Source of the DNA: Eledone cirrhosa
Taxonomy: Eukaryota
DNA length: 64,000 nt
Assembly (NCBI GenBank): GCA_964016885.1
Contig: OZ024740.1
Location: forward strand, 185,194,001 to 185,258,000
Reading direction: 5' to 3'
Below, one piece after another: positions 1 to 13,560 of the stretch (positions are counted from its first letter, which is position 1; each line of letters opens with the position of its first letter). The position numbers were made by a program, and so were the translations under genes. The notes under the pieces are model-generated. The model worked only from the letters and a program-made list of their open reading frames with translations. It was not told the DNA's origin and made no database searches.

Positions 1-1829
1 CTCCAGTTTGAAAATACTTTTCTCCTGTCCACTAGGCTTAGAGGTTTTGAAAAAGGTCATGGATACTTCCCCTCCCTCTATGACTAAACCATAAAAGTAT
101 TTTACATCAGATTGGAGAAAATGATAAGACATTATCTTATTTGTTTTAATATTAAAATGTTGGTTATTAAAGAATGATTTCGTATTACACTGTTTCTCTG
201 TCATGAATATTGCTATACTAAGATATCATTATAGATTAAATTTATTGGAAAGTGAACAATACAGTAAAATAAAAATAATGGCAATGAAATAATATGCAAA
301 AGAAATGTAACTAGTATTTATTATTTGGATAAGCTGTATCCAGTCATATCTTATAAAGAATCTACAATCAATCTTTGAGTAATATACAACATCTTCATGT
401 CTACAAATTCACTTCTAAATATTGCTGTTCCATCTATGTAAGAGGTTTACAAAAGATTTGATAAGAAATAAAATAGAATTTCAATATATTTGAGAACCAA
501 AGGTTGACAAAACTTTTTCCTCTTTTCTCCAATTCATTACAAATCATTGTTATGCACAGAATCAATATGATTTTGTAACATGGCAGAAGATATATGAATT
601 GTATTTGCTATTTTTTTTCACTTTGAGAAAATGCACATACAGTTCCGTAGTTATTGCTAAATAAATGTATATGCTATAATAGATATTGTCATATGACTCT
701 ATAAACCATAAATGCTATGTATTTGCATTCTGTACAAATGCATGATTTATCTATAAAATACATCGCTAATACATTTTATCCCCAATTTAAATATATTTTA
801 AATAGCCAGAAACAAAATTTTATTGATGCAAGCAGGTCTTCACAAACACAAATACACTCGTTACACATATCGACACACATACTCTTACACACACACACAC
901 ACCACACACACCACACATACACACATATTTGTCTATAAAATATATACAGTATAGACTCATATATAAGTGTGTTTGTGTGTATAAGTATGTAAACAAAGAA
1001 AGAAAGAGAGATAGTGTCCAGCATCTAATTAATTATAGAATATTTTTCATACTAATAGAACCATTATAAACGCATGCATGTATAGTTGAGATGCATACAT
1101 GAAATAACGAACATATACAAACACACAGCATTCAATAGAATGGAAATGGACCCCACATTTTTCTTCATTTTTTTCCTTACTGAAATAGATATTGGAAAGC
1201 ATCATGTAGTAGTATATCATTATGTGAATTTTATAGAATTTTCATATCCATAAAATGTGGTTTTATTGATAATATAGAGGATCATTTCCAGAGTCCATTT
1301 ATGTAAATATGTTGAGCCTTTTATCTTTGCCTGCCTACACCTAACTCAATCAATAATAAAAAGAAGCAACACACAGAGGCATACACACACACACTCACTC
1401 ACACACTCACTCACTCACTCACACACATATATTAAACAGGCCTCCTCTACTTAAGGCCTGAATGCATCTCTTGTTAATTCCCATGAATGATGATGCTGTG
1501 TGTTTTTTTTTTTACCCCTTACCTTATTGCAGTTTTGGTGGTCTTATTCACGCCAGTCACCAATCTAATAATTTCTCAAAACCATGAAGACTAGGCATTT
1601 TTAGAGGTGGCATTTACTCACTGTGTCATAGCTACATCATTGGGTTGTAAGTGTTTTCTTAGGAGCTACAGATATCACACATTGCCCCATATCTCCAAGT
1701 AGCTTACTGCTGTTAGTCTACATTCAGACCTTAGTCAAAGGGGCTTGTTTGAAAAATGTATTGCAGTCTCCATTTCATGTCATAACAACTGTTGATGGGC
1801 CTAGAACCTTTCCTGAGATGTGGGATGGA

Positions 1830-2448
1830 TACACAAAGATGGTTCGAAAGGGAGAAAACATTGACAATTATAACCTTGAATATCACAACCATTACAGGTA
1901 CTAGTGGAGGAGGCTAAATCTAGTTGCAGGAACTTGTGGAAGAGGCTAGATGTTACTGGCTAGATATAGCCGAAGTTTCCTCAACAGTGTTCCCTGTCTC
2001 TGAGACTGCAGATTTGGATGGAGGATGGAACTCCACTATTCAGATGTGGCACCAGAACTGACTGCACAGGCAGGAGCGGGAATATTCACAAGCATCTGGC
2101 TGTCAGAATGTGTTATGAACTGGCTACAATTAAGAGGGAGGATTTGCTTCTTGATGCTTAGGATGAAAGATAGGTCTCTGTAAGTAGTGCATGTTTATGC
2201 ACCAAAAAAAGGAGTCCAAATACATATCTTTCCTTGCATTAGATGTAGTCGAAACTGAGTCACATATTCTAATAGGAGACTTCAATACACATGTTGGCAC
2301 TGACCACATGACATGGAATGGAGTAGCTGGAAGGAACAGCTATCCCAATCTAAATACGAATGGAGAGGCCTTATTAAACTTCTGTTATAGCAATGGACTC
2401 TCTATTATGAACACCTTCCAGCACAGAGACATCCATAAATATACGTAA
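1830..2448 (+). mobile_element. Decayed RTE-type LINE fragment, apurinic endonuclease (APE) domain
   Basis: ORF 2191-2448 reads ILIGDFNTHVG..WNGVAGRN..NLNTNGEALLNFC..NGLSIMNTFQHRDIHKYT, the GDFN and N.NG..LL.FC motifs of LINE APE domains; the upstream part is frameshifted. Confidence 0.8.
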
Positions 2449-2739
2449 TAAAAGGGGAGTCTTTTTCCACTACTCCTGCCTTGGGTTGATTAATGCCTTC
2501 AGATTGGAATATTGTATGTGTGTACATATCTTTGTTTGCAATTGTTTTTATGTCTTGTAACTTAATGGTTTAACAAATAAGTGATTCAAACAATAATAAT
2601 GGGACTGATAGGATCAAATAAATCATGGTACTGTCTAAGCATGGCCACATCTCAATGGCTAAATTCAGTAAAAGACAAATAAAAGAAAAATAGTATTGAT
2701 ATATGTAGTCCAACCCATGATAAGAGGGAAAATGGATAA

Positions 2740-2900
2740 ATGATGATGATGATGATCGTGAGGATGAGGGTGTTGATAATGGTGGGGATGATGATAATGA
2801 TGATGATAATCATGGCCGTGTTGATGATGTTAATGATGATGGCAGTGTTGATGATGACAATGATGATGGCGGTGTTGATGATGATGGTGATGATGATAAT
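2740..2900. repeat. Degenerate (GAT)n microsatellite, probable expanded RTE 3' tail
   Basis: ATG/GAT triplet array preceded by an RTE-like 3' end (tccaacccatgataagagggaaaatgga). Confidence 0.7.
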
Positions 2901-3349
2901 TTTGTATTCCTGTATGATCTGTTCTATTCAAGGCACAACATATTCTATGAAGATATAAATCATATGTTGATATTATTGTCTTTTTTCAGAAATCTTGATA
3001 GTTTTCATTTTGTTACAAACTTCAGTATCAATTTAGGCTTTTCTTTCCATCTCTCTTAATTACTAATTACTACTACACTATCTGTTTGCTAAACTAATTA
3101 GGCCCCAACTAAATTCTCATCTCTTTAATCACAATGATAACATGAGTTAGTTAACAAACAATTGATACATATCTATATTATAGCTATTTTTGTCTATATT
3201 TGTAATTAATAACACATTCACAAACACACATACATTCACATACTTATACATCTACACATTAATGTTATAACATGTCAAATTTATATTACATATACTTTTC
3301 CTAACAAGATATAACATTTATCACTGATCTTTATTTATATACATAATGA

Positions 3350-3500
3350 TTTCTGATTGAAGCACAAGGCCAACAATGTTTGGGGAGGGGAAAGTCGATT
3401 AAATTTATTTCTGTATATTACTGGTATTTCATAAGGATGAAAAGCAAAGTTAACGTTGGCATGATTTGAACTCAAAAAATAAAGGACATAAATATATGCC
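3350..3500 (-). mobile_element. tRNA-derived SINE family A, decayed copy
   Basis: Matches the family motifs gcacaaggcc...aaggatgaaaagcaaagttaac...atttgaactca. Confidence 0.7.
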
Positions 3501-5769
3501 TCAACATTTAACCACAATACAAATATAATATGATACATTTTATACAAAGCCTGTTTATATCAGTAAGAAAAATATATATAGTGTGACGTTTCTGTGAAAG
3601 TATAGAATATCAGCAAACAAGTTTTAGCATATCTGATATACTAAGCAATTTCCACTTGAAAATAATGAGATATTTAACATAGGAACTATTAATTAAACAT
3701 TTTGCAAAGAGATCCATTAAAATTTGATTGGAAAATGTAGTTGATAGTTGAAGAATTTCTTAATTATTTGCTAAATGAGATTACATCACTCCAGTTTCAT
3801 ATGAATGTATTTTGTTAGAGATATGAATGTATTTTCTTACAGCGATACATGTGTAAACACATGCATACAAGTGTATATATATATTTACGTATATGCAAGG
3901 GAAAGAAGTTTGAGTATGGAATACTAATAGGAGAGTAAATTAGAGTTATGATTTGTGAAGTTTCACCTTAAAATAAATTATATATATTTATATATATTAA
4001 TCCAAATCATAATAACAGTTTAGCTTCTATTTTCCATGCTAGCATAAGTGTATTTTCTCTTCTAATATTTCAAGATTGTATACAATTCTTGGTCATTTTA
4101 TATAGCAAATTATATTCTGATATGTATATTTCGTTTACTTCAGTAAATACTTTAGCTAATTTATTTGCTAGATTTATTAGCATCCTGAAAACCAATAAGT
4201 GTACATCTATATTTAATACCCTTTTGCTTCTTCATAAATATGCGGATCTCTTAACCATCCACTTGAACGAGTGTATTCTGTAATTACCATAGTCTCAATT
4301 GACATTTAACATATCAATTGGTAACTGACAGGATATTTCTCATTTTGTATGTTCTCTGATTATTAAGCATCTTGTTGATGGTGAACGCTAGAAAACTACT
4401 AGATAGAGTGATTTAGATATACATCAACAGACAATTTGATACAATAATTAAGACATGGTATATGATTTATAGTGAATATGTTGTAATAATTCATGATAGA
4501 TTCATTATTTTGGTTGTCTTTAAAAGAATGTCATATTGTAGTTATATGTTAAAAGAAAATTGCATTTATCAAGAAATGAAAGTTTATCTAGTAAAACAAA
4601 TATATTTTCTCAGGCATTGTTTATCAAGAAGTACACTATTGAACATGCTCTTCACTTTTCATGACAATAAGGTGTAAAATTGGGACAAATCAGCTGTTAT
4701 TTTTAACAGTTCATAAGACCGCATGCGGGCTTACATGTGTAAGAGCAAATATTATTTGAGGTAGTAAATGGTGGTCAGAAATCTAGGGAAGTGAAATGTC
4801 ATGGGACACTATATTAGTTTGAACAATATGTAAGACAAATATGTTTCAAGTTGTATACTTTAATTTACAGTTTAAATAACATTTCAGTTCAATTTGATCT
4901 TTGGCTTTATCTGGTGTTTGGGAGTGAGAGATGTCAATAAATGAAGTACAATTAACATTATATGACCCTACCAATCACTTAGGTGGCTTTAGCAGAAGAT
5001 TATATTCTGCTGCAAACATTTGCTCTAGATCTTGAGCCTGTGGAGAATGTATTCTCTTCTTCCTACTAGTCATCTATGGAGGTTCTGAAAAGACATATGG
5101 TTACAGTCCCTCTTCTACTAACCAAAGTATTGAACCCAATATACATACTTGTGTATATATAATACATACTGTAAAGTGGTTGGTGATAGGAAGGACATCC
5201 AGTCATAGAAGGCTTGCCAAATAAAAGATTGTGAGATGCCTCAGCTGTTTCAAAGACAAGACAGCCTCTCCTGTGCATTTGATAGTGTGATACCATACAT
5301 AGGTGAGTCACAGATCCCTGGCCTGTCTGGGAGATGAGTAGCTCTGCTTCAGTACTGGCTTGATCTATGTAGATTCATCCAAATCTTACTAGATGGGAAA
5401 GTAGACGTTAAAACTATAATGATGATATATGATTCACAGTTTGTAGAATTGCACACAAATAATATATTAGTGAATCAAATCTCAGCACAGCTGGACTTTT
5501 CTATTTCATAAGAAATATAATATGAAAATCCTAGAGTGTTGTAATTATATATATGTACACACACAACATAATGCTGTTCATATTTCATTTAATTTTATAG
5601 TTAGGCTTACATAATACTATATTATCTCACTTCTTCCAGCAATTTAAAACTAGCATCGTTGCCATTCATCTATGAAACTCTGGAGGAAATGCCTGTATGA
5701 TTTTACAACAAATATTAACAGACACAGCTATTTATTTAATTCTTATGTTGTGGATACATATTGTGTGCT

Positions 5770-6020
5770 GGACATACAATCATAATGTCATGGGTTTGAT
5801 TCTTCGACTCTGTTGTGTGTTGTGTTCTTGAGCAGAACACTTCATTTCACATTGTTTCAGTATACTCAGCTGAATGTGCATACCAGCAATAGCTGGGGGG
5901 TTTACAATATGATGGACTGGTGTCCTGTTTAGGGGGCAGTCATCTACTCTGAGTTGTTTCACACCATCTAAACTGGGATAATCACCAACCTGATGGGCCT
6001 CCAGGCTCGAGACAGACTTT
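5770..6020 (+). mobile_element. tRNA-derived SINE family B (CORE-like central box), decayed
   Basis: ttgtgttcttgagcagaacacttcatttcacattg central motif and 3' ctgatgggcc..ggctcgagacagac, shared with the copies at 22035 and 34235. Confidence 0.7.
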
Positions 6021-9000
6021 AGATTTCTTTATATCACTATTGATAAACAATTGCAGTAGTGATTTTTAGGTTTCCAAGGACCAAGTTACTAGTTTTCGAC
6101 ATTTCCGAAGGCAATAGGGGTAATGGGATGTTTTTTTGTAACTAAGTCTACTCAAAAAGACTATATACAAAGAGAACTGAGTTTTCATTTCTATTGCCAA
6201 TGTTTATAATCTACACAAAACAGTCATACACACACATGATCAGTTACTGCAGTTTCTGAACATTTCTATTTACAAGTCTGAACCTGAGACGATGATAATA
6301 AAGCACATGTCCAAATTGCTGTACATTGGGGTTGAACCTGAAAGAGCATGGTTTGGAAATCGATCTTCTGAGCCAAAGTGATGTATGAAGGTCAATAAAA
6401 TTCAATATAACCCTTCTGAATGTTGGCTTCGGTTTTTGTAAGAAATTTTCCATAAACTTATCTTGCAATTATAAAAAGATTTCAAAATATATTCCCTTCA
6501 CTGTCTTCTTCTCTAAGTCTGAAAAATCTAATTAAAACTTATGAGTTATTTAAGAAGATATCAACTATTTACATTGACTATATAATGATGTCAGTTCGGA
6601 TTACTGGAAGGCACCTTAACTAAATCAGTAAATCATCAATCTATGGATAATTTACATAACTATTTGTAATTGGAATCTCATAATAACAAATTGAATCTCA
6701 TAACATGGGGTCATAACTTTCACATAGTTAATATAAGCATTAATAGTACACTGGGGTTAATTCATTTAACTATAACTTTCCTTGCAAATGTTGACCTTAT
6801 TTGTTGTCAGAAGAAAGTAATATTTCACACAATTTCCATTTGAATGCAGCAATAGCTCAACTTCCTGAATTTAATATCTTCAATCAGAATGCAATGTATA
6901 TTTTCAGCTTATAAGGACAAATTTGTTTTAGTTATTATTAGTTTACTTTATTTGTTCATTTTATATTTTTATTTTCATTATATTTTCTTGGAATTATTGA
7001 GAATGTATTTTTTTTGTCAAAGTCTTTTGCTTTGAGCTGTCAAATTTCAACAGTATCTCATCCTTATTCTTTGATGTTAGTGACATGAAAGTCTCTCATT
7101 TACTTTTATATCAGAATGTCTGCCTCCTGCAGTGTACATCATAGAGCAGAGTGTAGCTTCTACTAAGTCAAGTATGTGGTGTAGTTTTGAATCTAGAGTA
7201 AAGGCCATTTCCCAGCATGCATGTCATGATAGAATCAAGAATAAAAAAAAACTCTTCTTATTTCCCCATCTTCCTTATTTATGTCATGTTTACCATGTCA
7301 AAAGAAACACAATATGTATATCTTTCCTTTTATTTTTGATGAGTATTTGTCTGTTATGCTTTTGAGCAAGATTTCAAATAGAAACATGTTTGGCAATAAA
7401 AGAGAACAGCAAAGAATCATTTCCTATAGGGGTTAAGAGTAAATTTCATATGACTAACTCACCATTGATATGCAATGGTTAGTTCTATAACCCTTAAATT
7501 GTTGTGTCAATATAGAACACAAACTTCATGTAAGTAATCAAAGAAGTAACTTACTGAATTCTGAATGCTCATTGTGAAATCAATCTGCGCCTGTATTAAT
7601 CTCACAGTATTTTAACTAATTAAAACAGTAAACTATATGTCTTTGTGATACCAAATTAAGGTAATTGAACTCACCCATTCAAATATAAGTATTTTAATTA
7701 AATTCTCCTGAAGGTTGTCTGCTATGTGACTGAAAAAAAATCTATGTGTTTTAAGAAAGACAAGACTACCAAATTGTTCACTTCAAGATCAAGCTAGATA
7801 TTGAGCAATCATTTTGATTTTGTATTATTGGATTTTATGATTAAATTCTTCTGCCATGATATATTATTTCAGGAAATGGCAATTTTCTTTCTTAATTTCT
7901 ATAATATTTTTAATTATCTCTTCTTGCAGTGCTAAGATTGATTTCATTTTCCTTCTTTTGAAGTACACAAACATTAATAGTTTATTTCTGATTCGTATAT
8001 ATTTTTATAATTTTCACAAAGATATATTTTACTATCACACATTTCCTTGGGTGCTCACCTGCAGATATCATTAAATTTGATTTGAATGCAGCTGATGTTC
8101 ATTTCAGCTAGAAGTGCCTGGGTTAGATCGAGGACATGGCAAAAGGCCAAACAACATTATGATATTCCTGATCCAAGGCAGTAAGCTCTTCACTAAGGAT
8201 GTGATTTACAGCAATACATTTTCAACAGCAACCTGATAAAATCAATGTCAGATCCAGACTCCCACAAATTGGTAACTGAAAGCTGACAAATTAACAGCTG
8301 CTCTCAAATAGGGATTTCTAAAACACACACTGGTGGAAACATCTAGCGTCCTGGATTCTCAAACCACCTCTCTACTTGGTGTGATTGTGATTGAAGATTG
8401 TCATATGCACAAAAGAGCCCTCTCACTTAGACTGTCACATTAGGCACATCTTTATTGTTATAACATAGAGTAAAACATTTATGATTCTGTCAACCAGAGC
8501 CATGAAGCAATGCCTATAACACGAGAAAAGCAAAATATACTTGTTGAAACAAAACAATTATGGAATGTATGAAGAGTAAATTATCTTGTGCAAATTAGAT
8601 TTGGTATTGATCTTAAAATATGTTACACATGTCCTGATCATTTTAACGGTTTTATTGAAAGATAGTTGTGCTTGGTAATGTAGGTTAACATTTATAAAAT
8701 GTGTTCACTAACATAGGAATTAAAAAAGAATTATTCTCAATCAGAGATGTTCTTAGAAAAATATAACTAAAAAGTATGATAATCAATATATATATATGTG
8801 TAGTGTGTGTGTCTGCATTTCCAATACATACTATATTGAATATATATATATATATATATATACACAAATTGTGCTTATGTGTGGTGAAGAAAACAGATTT
8901 AAAATATGAATATTTTATTTCTTTGAATATTTTAATCTCTAATTCTGCTTTGCCTGCTGTGAAATCTTTGAGAAATTTACATAAAAAAATAATAATGAAA

Positions 9001-9359
9001 AACCTTAATCAATGTAGATAATAATGCATCATTTCTATTGTCATTGCTACTGGCTTGTTACTAGGCAACAAATTCCACTATAAATCAGTACATATATTTA
9101 CAACCTAATGACAATATTTTCAACAATTATGTTCGAAAGGAATGGGAATAGATATTCCATGATTTTTTCCCAATTTCCTATTGCAGTATCTTGTAGAATA
9201 GATCTTAGAGTTTACTGCTGGTCTCCAATACACCCCATCAACTCTGTTAAAAGTTATAGACATTGTGCTTTATTAAAACCCATAGACATACCCACACTTA
9301 TATATATATATAATATATATAGCATATATATGATATATATATATGTAGTATATATGTAA

Positions 9360-9460
9360 TTGTTTCTACATTCGGCACAAGGCCAGCAATTACCCAGTGT
9401 ATTACTGGTACTTTATTTGATCGACCCCATAAGGATGAAAGGCAAAGTTAACCTCGGCAT
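9360..9460 (-). mobile_element. SINE family A, 5'-truncated
   Basis: ttgtttctac..ggcacaaggccagcaattacccag..cgaccccataaggatgaaaggcaaagttaacctcggc. Confidence 0.8.
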
Positions 9461-10179
9461 ATATAATATAGATTTATATGTAATATATATGTATTATATA
9501 TATCATATATATATACGATATACAAACTAATATATATAATATATATATTATATATCAACCCATGCAAGCATGGAAAAGTGGATGTAAAAAAGATGATAAT
9601 GATGATATATATATATATTTATATAAACACATATGTTATCCAGGTCATGACTTCTGGATGCCCTTCTATAGACAATTGTTTATATGGCATGTAAACCGTA
9701 TGGACATTTTTTGGCAAGTTCTAGCTGGAAGACCTCGCCATTGCCTTTGCTTTGAAACTTATATCTAAATGCATTTGGAAAAAATGAAGTTGGTAGTCAT
9801 GGCAGTGGTGAGATATCAAATATGTTACTGCTGCCGCCAACACTACAGCCATGATTCACTCAGAGTTACTTCACTCAGAATGCATTAAAATAAAACTACA
9901 ATGCCCTCAAACAGGATGGTTATGTTTTCTTCCTCCTTAACCAGATGCAGCAGGAACTTCTCTTTGCTGCCTTGATATTGCCTTTAGGGTTTTGGTCCTG
10001 TTCTGTCCTGAGACTGAGAGTTGTTTCATGAGATTGTATGTATTTTATTATATATATATATATAAATGAAAAAATTTAAATTTCATTTCTCACTCTTAGT
10101 ACGGCTGATTTATGTTATATATATATATAATAAATAATAACATTTTCGCTCTACATGGCTGAATACAATAAATGCAATC

Positions 10180-10358
10180 TGAGTTTTTCGAATATTAATA
10201 ATAACATTTGATTTGTTTGCAATTATGCAAACAAACCTCAATTTTATAGCCATGTCAGTAGAATGAAGTCTTCATTCTACTGACATGGCTATAAAATTGA
10301 GGCTTGTTTGCATAATTGCAAACAAATTGAATGTTATTATTAATATTCGAAAAACTCA
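10180..10358. repeat. Near-perfect palindrome (about 89-bp arms, 1-nt loop) in a TA-flanked element
   Basis: tgagtttttcgaatattaat...gtcagtagaatgaag T cttcattctactgac...attaatattcgaaaaactca. Confidence 0.9.
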
Positions 10359-10745
10359 TTACATTTATATATATATATTATATATATATATATATGTTAT
10401 ATATATATATTATTCATATATTATATATATATACGCATACACGTATATATATAAATATCATAAATTATGTCCATAGAATCATTTGATAAAATATATACAC
10501 TATTTCCTCTCCCAATTAGCATAATTAACCACATAAAAAATCAATTAGACCAGGCTATAAGAATAAAGTCTCCTATGAAGAAATATTTGATAAATAAACA
10601 AAGCGACCTCTTCGCGGCTGACCGCAATAGAATATTTACCCAACATTTCAACAGCATGTAGAAATTGACTAAATATACCGTCAACCATACTCAATTAGGT
10701 ATAAATTTAAAGTTAGAAGAAATGCGTACATTCCTACCGTGATTA

Positions 10746-10824
10746 CGTCCCTACCATGGTTTCGTTCGTATTTTGAGACATCCTATTAAGGATAAATCAC
10801 GAGTATCGAACTCGTCAGGAGACA
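10746..10824 (-). ncRNA. Type I hammerhead ribozyme motif (intact core)
   Basis: Minus strand: TGTCTC-CTGACGA-GTTCG..(long stem II)..CGAAC-GAAAC-CATG-GTA-GGGACG; stem I 6 bp including G-U, palindromic stem III ACCATGGT, cleavage triplet GUA. Confidence 0.8.
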
Positions 10825-11224
10825 AACTCAATAGGACAGTTAATTTTCCAAAGCGATCCCCGCCGGAAATAGATTTAAAAAATGGCTAACACTACACACT
10901 CTCATATATATAAGTATAAGCAACTGTATATATATATCCATATGCTTATTTGTGCTGTGTACTTTTTCTTTTGTGTTAACCTACAGTCTTACATGTGTAA
11001 GATATTTTGTTGTTGGTATACAACAAACTAATGGAAGGCACCAGGAAGATTAAGAAAATAGGAAATACTGAACTATGTTAAATGGATTTTGAGGTTTGAA
11101 AAAGTTTAGCTGAAAAGAAATTAATGCGAATATAAATCAAAATAGTTTTCTTTTTTATTTCCATATCAACTTTCATATTTTGATTACAGAAAATATATTA
11201 TTAGAATCTATGTATAATGTTTTC

Positions 11225-11758
11225 TTAATTAGACTAACGGCTTACAATTTTCGGGGAGGGGAAATTTGATTAAATTGACCCCAATGCATTACTGGTGCTT
11301 TATTTTATCGATCCTGTAAGGATGAAAAGCAAAGCCAACCTCAGTGGGATTTGAACATACAGTATAAAGGGCCATAACTCTATGCCTTAAAGCATGTTGT
11401 CTAGCGCTCTATGGATTCTGCCGACACCCAATTATAATAATAAGTGTTTCCAACTTATGTTGAAGGCCAGAAATGTTAGAGAAGAAGGGCACATGATAAA
11501 ATTGCTGCAGCATTGAGTGGTAATTCTTTTATTGATGCAGGAAAAATGAAAGGCAAAATGAATCTTAGTGGGATTAGTACTCAGAACCTAAAGAGCCAGT
11601 ACAAATTTTATCTGACAAACTATTGATTCTGTTAATCCACAAACCTAATGGTAATAATTGTTTCTACTTTTGGCACAAGGCTAGCAATTATCCCAATGCA
11701 TTACTGGTGCTTTATTTTATTGACTCCATAAGGAAAGGCAAAGTTAACTTCGGCGGGA
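11225..11758 (-). mobile_element. Cluster of three SINE family A copies separated by (AAT)n
   Basis: Repeated cattactggtgctttattttat..aaggatgaaa..gcaaag motifs at about 11290, 11530 and 11700. Confidence 0.75.
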
Positions 11759-11777
11759 ATAATAATAATAATAATAA

Positions 11778-12774
11778 TCTTTTTTAAATGTTTCTCTATC
11801 AATTGGTTGCTAGGTGAAGCTTGTTAATTGGTCTCAGATCAGTCCCTGATATCAGAGGCTTAATATACTAGGCAGGATTCAGGCATTGCTAGTAATCATG
11901 GACATTTGGACAACCCCTATGAAGTTGGGGTTCCCAAGGCTTTTGATGAAAAATGTAAGGTATTTAAGGACTGTTCCTAGTGCCCTGATGACAATAGGCA
12001 TGCCGTCTGTCTCTACATGCTGCACAGTTCTAATTGCACCTGCAAGGTCTGCATGCTTATTAATCTTTTGCATTTCCTTCACAAGCCTGTTGTGGTTTTG
12101 AAGGATTGCAATATCATTTAAAGTCAATTTGACAGTATTGTTTGTTTTTACAGCAATATCGGGATGGTTTTGTTTGAACTTGTTTGTAGTCTTGATTTCA
12201 AGGACCCAAAATAACTCTACTTCCTCACCTGATAGGCAAGATTCAGTAGGAGTATGATCATACAATTGACATTGCATTTCTATGTAGTTTTTTCACAATT
12301 GCCAATGGACATTTTTTGCTATAAAATCATGGTGGATTGTATATCATCTTCTTGTTAATAGCTCACACTCAGTAGCAATATGTGCCACAGATTCATCTGC
12401 TCTATGGAATACTCTGCAAAGTGGGGAGCAATTTTGTCCATCGATGTTAGCTTTCACTCAGTTGGTTCTAAGTGCCTTGTCTAGTGTGCCATTAATAATA
12501 GTCTCAGTGCTCTCTAAACCCAAACTGATATAAGCTAAAGCAAAGACCTAGGATAAGCAATTTCTTTAATGGCAGTTTGAAATTCACCATGGCCATTCAA
12601 GTTACTCTCTAATGGATTTGATGAATACTTTCTTACTTTGTTTCTGTTAGGGAAGTTCCGAAGGAAGTTTTTATAAGTAGTGGTTCTTTAGTTAATGTTA
12701 GATAGTCCCACAAGCTGTTGCTTAACTGAAATTAAACCTCTCCCACCTACCTTTATCTTAAGGTACAACCTTGC
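11778..12774 (-). mobile_element. 5'-truncated R4/Dong-like non-LTR retrotransposon (CCHC finger + restriction-like endonuclease)
   Basis: ORF 11879-12277 reads HPDIAV..LNDIAI..KEMQKINKHADL..PIVIRALG (PD..D..K RLE signature); upstream reads LCR..ESVAHIATEC; (AAT)n on both flanks. Confidence 0.8.
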
Positions 12775-12785
12775 AATAATAATAA

Positions 12786-13090
12786 TTATTTCTACTTTTG
12801 GCACAAGGCCAGCAATTATCCCAGTGCATTACTGGTACTTTATTTTATCGACCCCGTAAGGATGAAAGGCAAAGTTAACCTTGGCGTGATTTGAACTCAG
12901 ATCATAAAGGGCCGTAACTCTATGCTGCAAAGCATGGTGTCCGACCCTCTATAGGTACTGCCAATCCACCGCAATAATAATAATGGTTTCTGATTTAGGC
13001 ACAGGATCAACAATTTTTTTTTGGGGAAAAGTCAACTAAATCGACCCCAGTACATTACTGGTACTTTATTTTATTAACACCATAAGGATA
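12786..13090 (-). mobile_element. Full-length SINE family A plus adjacent partial copy
   Basis: Minus strand gcggtggattggcagt (A box)..gagttcaaatc (B box)..gcctttcatccttacggggtcgataaaataaagtaccag..gccttgtgccaaaagtagaa, then ATT repeats. Confidence 0.85.
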
Positions 13091-13196
13091 AAATGCAGAT
13101 CTTACATTAATCTTATCAACATTTAATTTAAAAATTAGGTATTAGGATTGGTGCTCTGAAATAGCAATGTATGTATAGTATATTTGGCAATATACC

Positions 13197-13236
13197 GCTC
13201 TGATGATGGCCAAACAGCGTGAAACAGACTGTTAGC
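13197..13236 (+). ncRNA. Type I hammerhead ribozyme motif, copy 1
   Basis: GCT-CTGATGA-TGGCCAAACAGCGT-GAAAC-AGACT-GTT-AGC; one stem II mismatch. Confidence 0.65.
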
Positions 13237-13473
13237 TGCTGTCACTTCTTTCGCTGAAAATAAGTAAGTGACATAGTCACTACTTTAAACTGATGGTGTA
13301 TGGTCTTCTAAATGTTTTTTAATTAAACATATGGTATATTGCCAAATATACTATACATAATTTTGTGTATACATCGCTCGTTCAGAGCACCTAATTTTTG
13401 CTGGACCAGCAATCGCTCTGTATAATCAGCTCTTGATTATTACTGGAATTCTATAAGAATCCAGCTTCTATAA

Positions 13474-13560
13474 TTTTCGGCGGAAGCAGGGGGTGCATGG
13501 CTCTGATGATCACCAAACAGCGTGAAACAGACTGTTAGCTTCTCTCCCTTCTTTCGCCAA
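13474..13560 (+). ncRNA. Type I hammerhead ribozyme motif, copy 2, with extended stem I
   Basis: ggcggaag..gca tg GCT-CTGATGA-TCACCAAACAGCGT-GAAAC-AGACT-GTT-AGC..ctttcgcc; consensus of the two copies gives stem II CGC/GCG with loop CAAACA. Confidence 0.7.

Noticed and set aside
2740-2958. Poly-Met ORF
   Set aside because: Translation of the (ATG)n repeat
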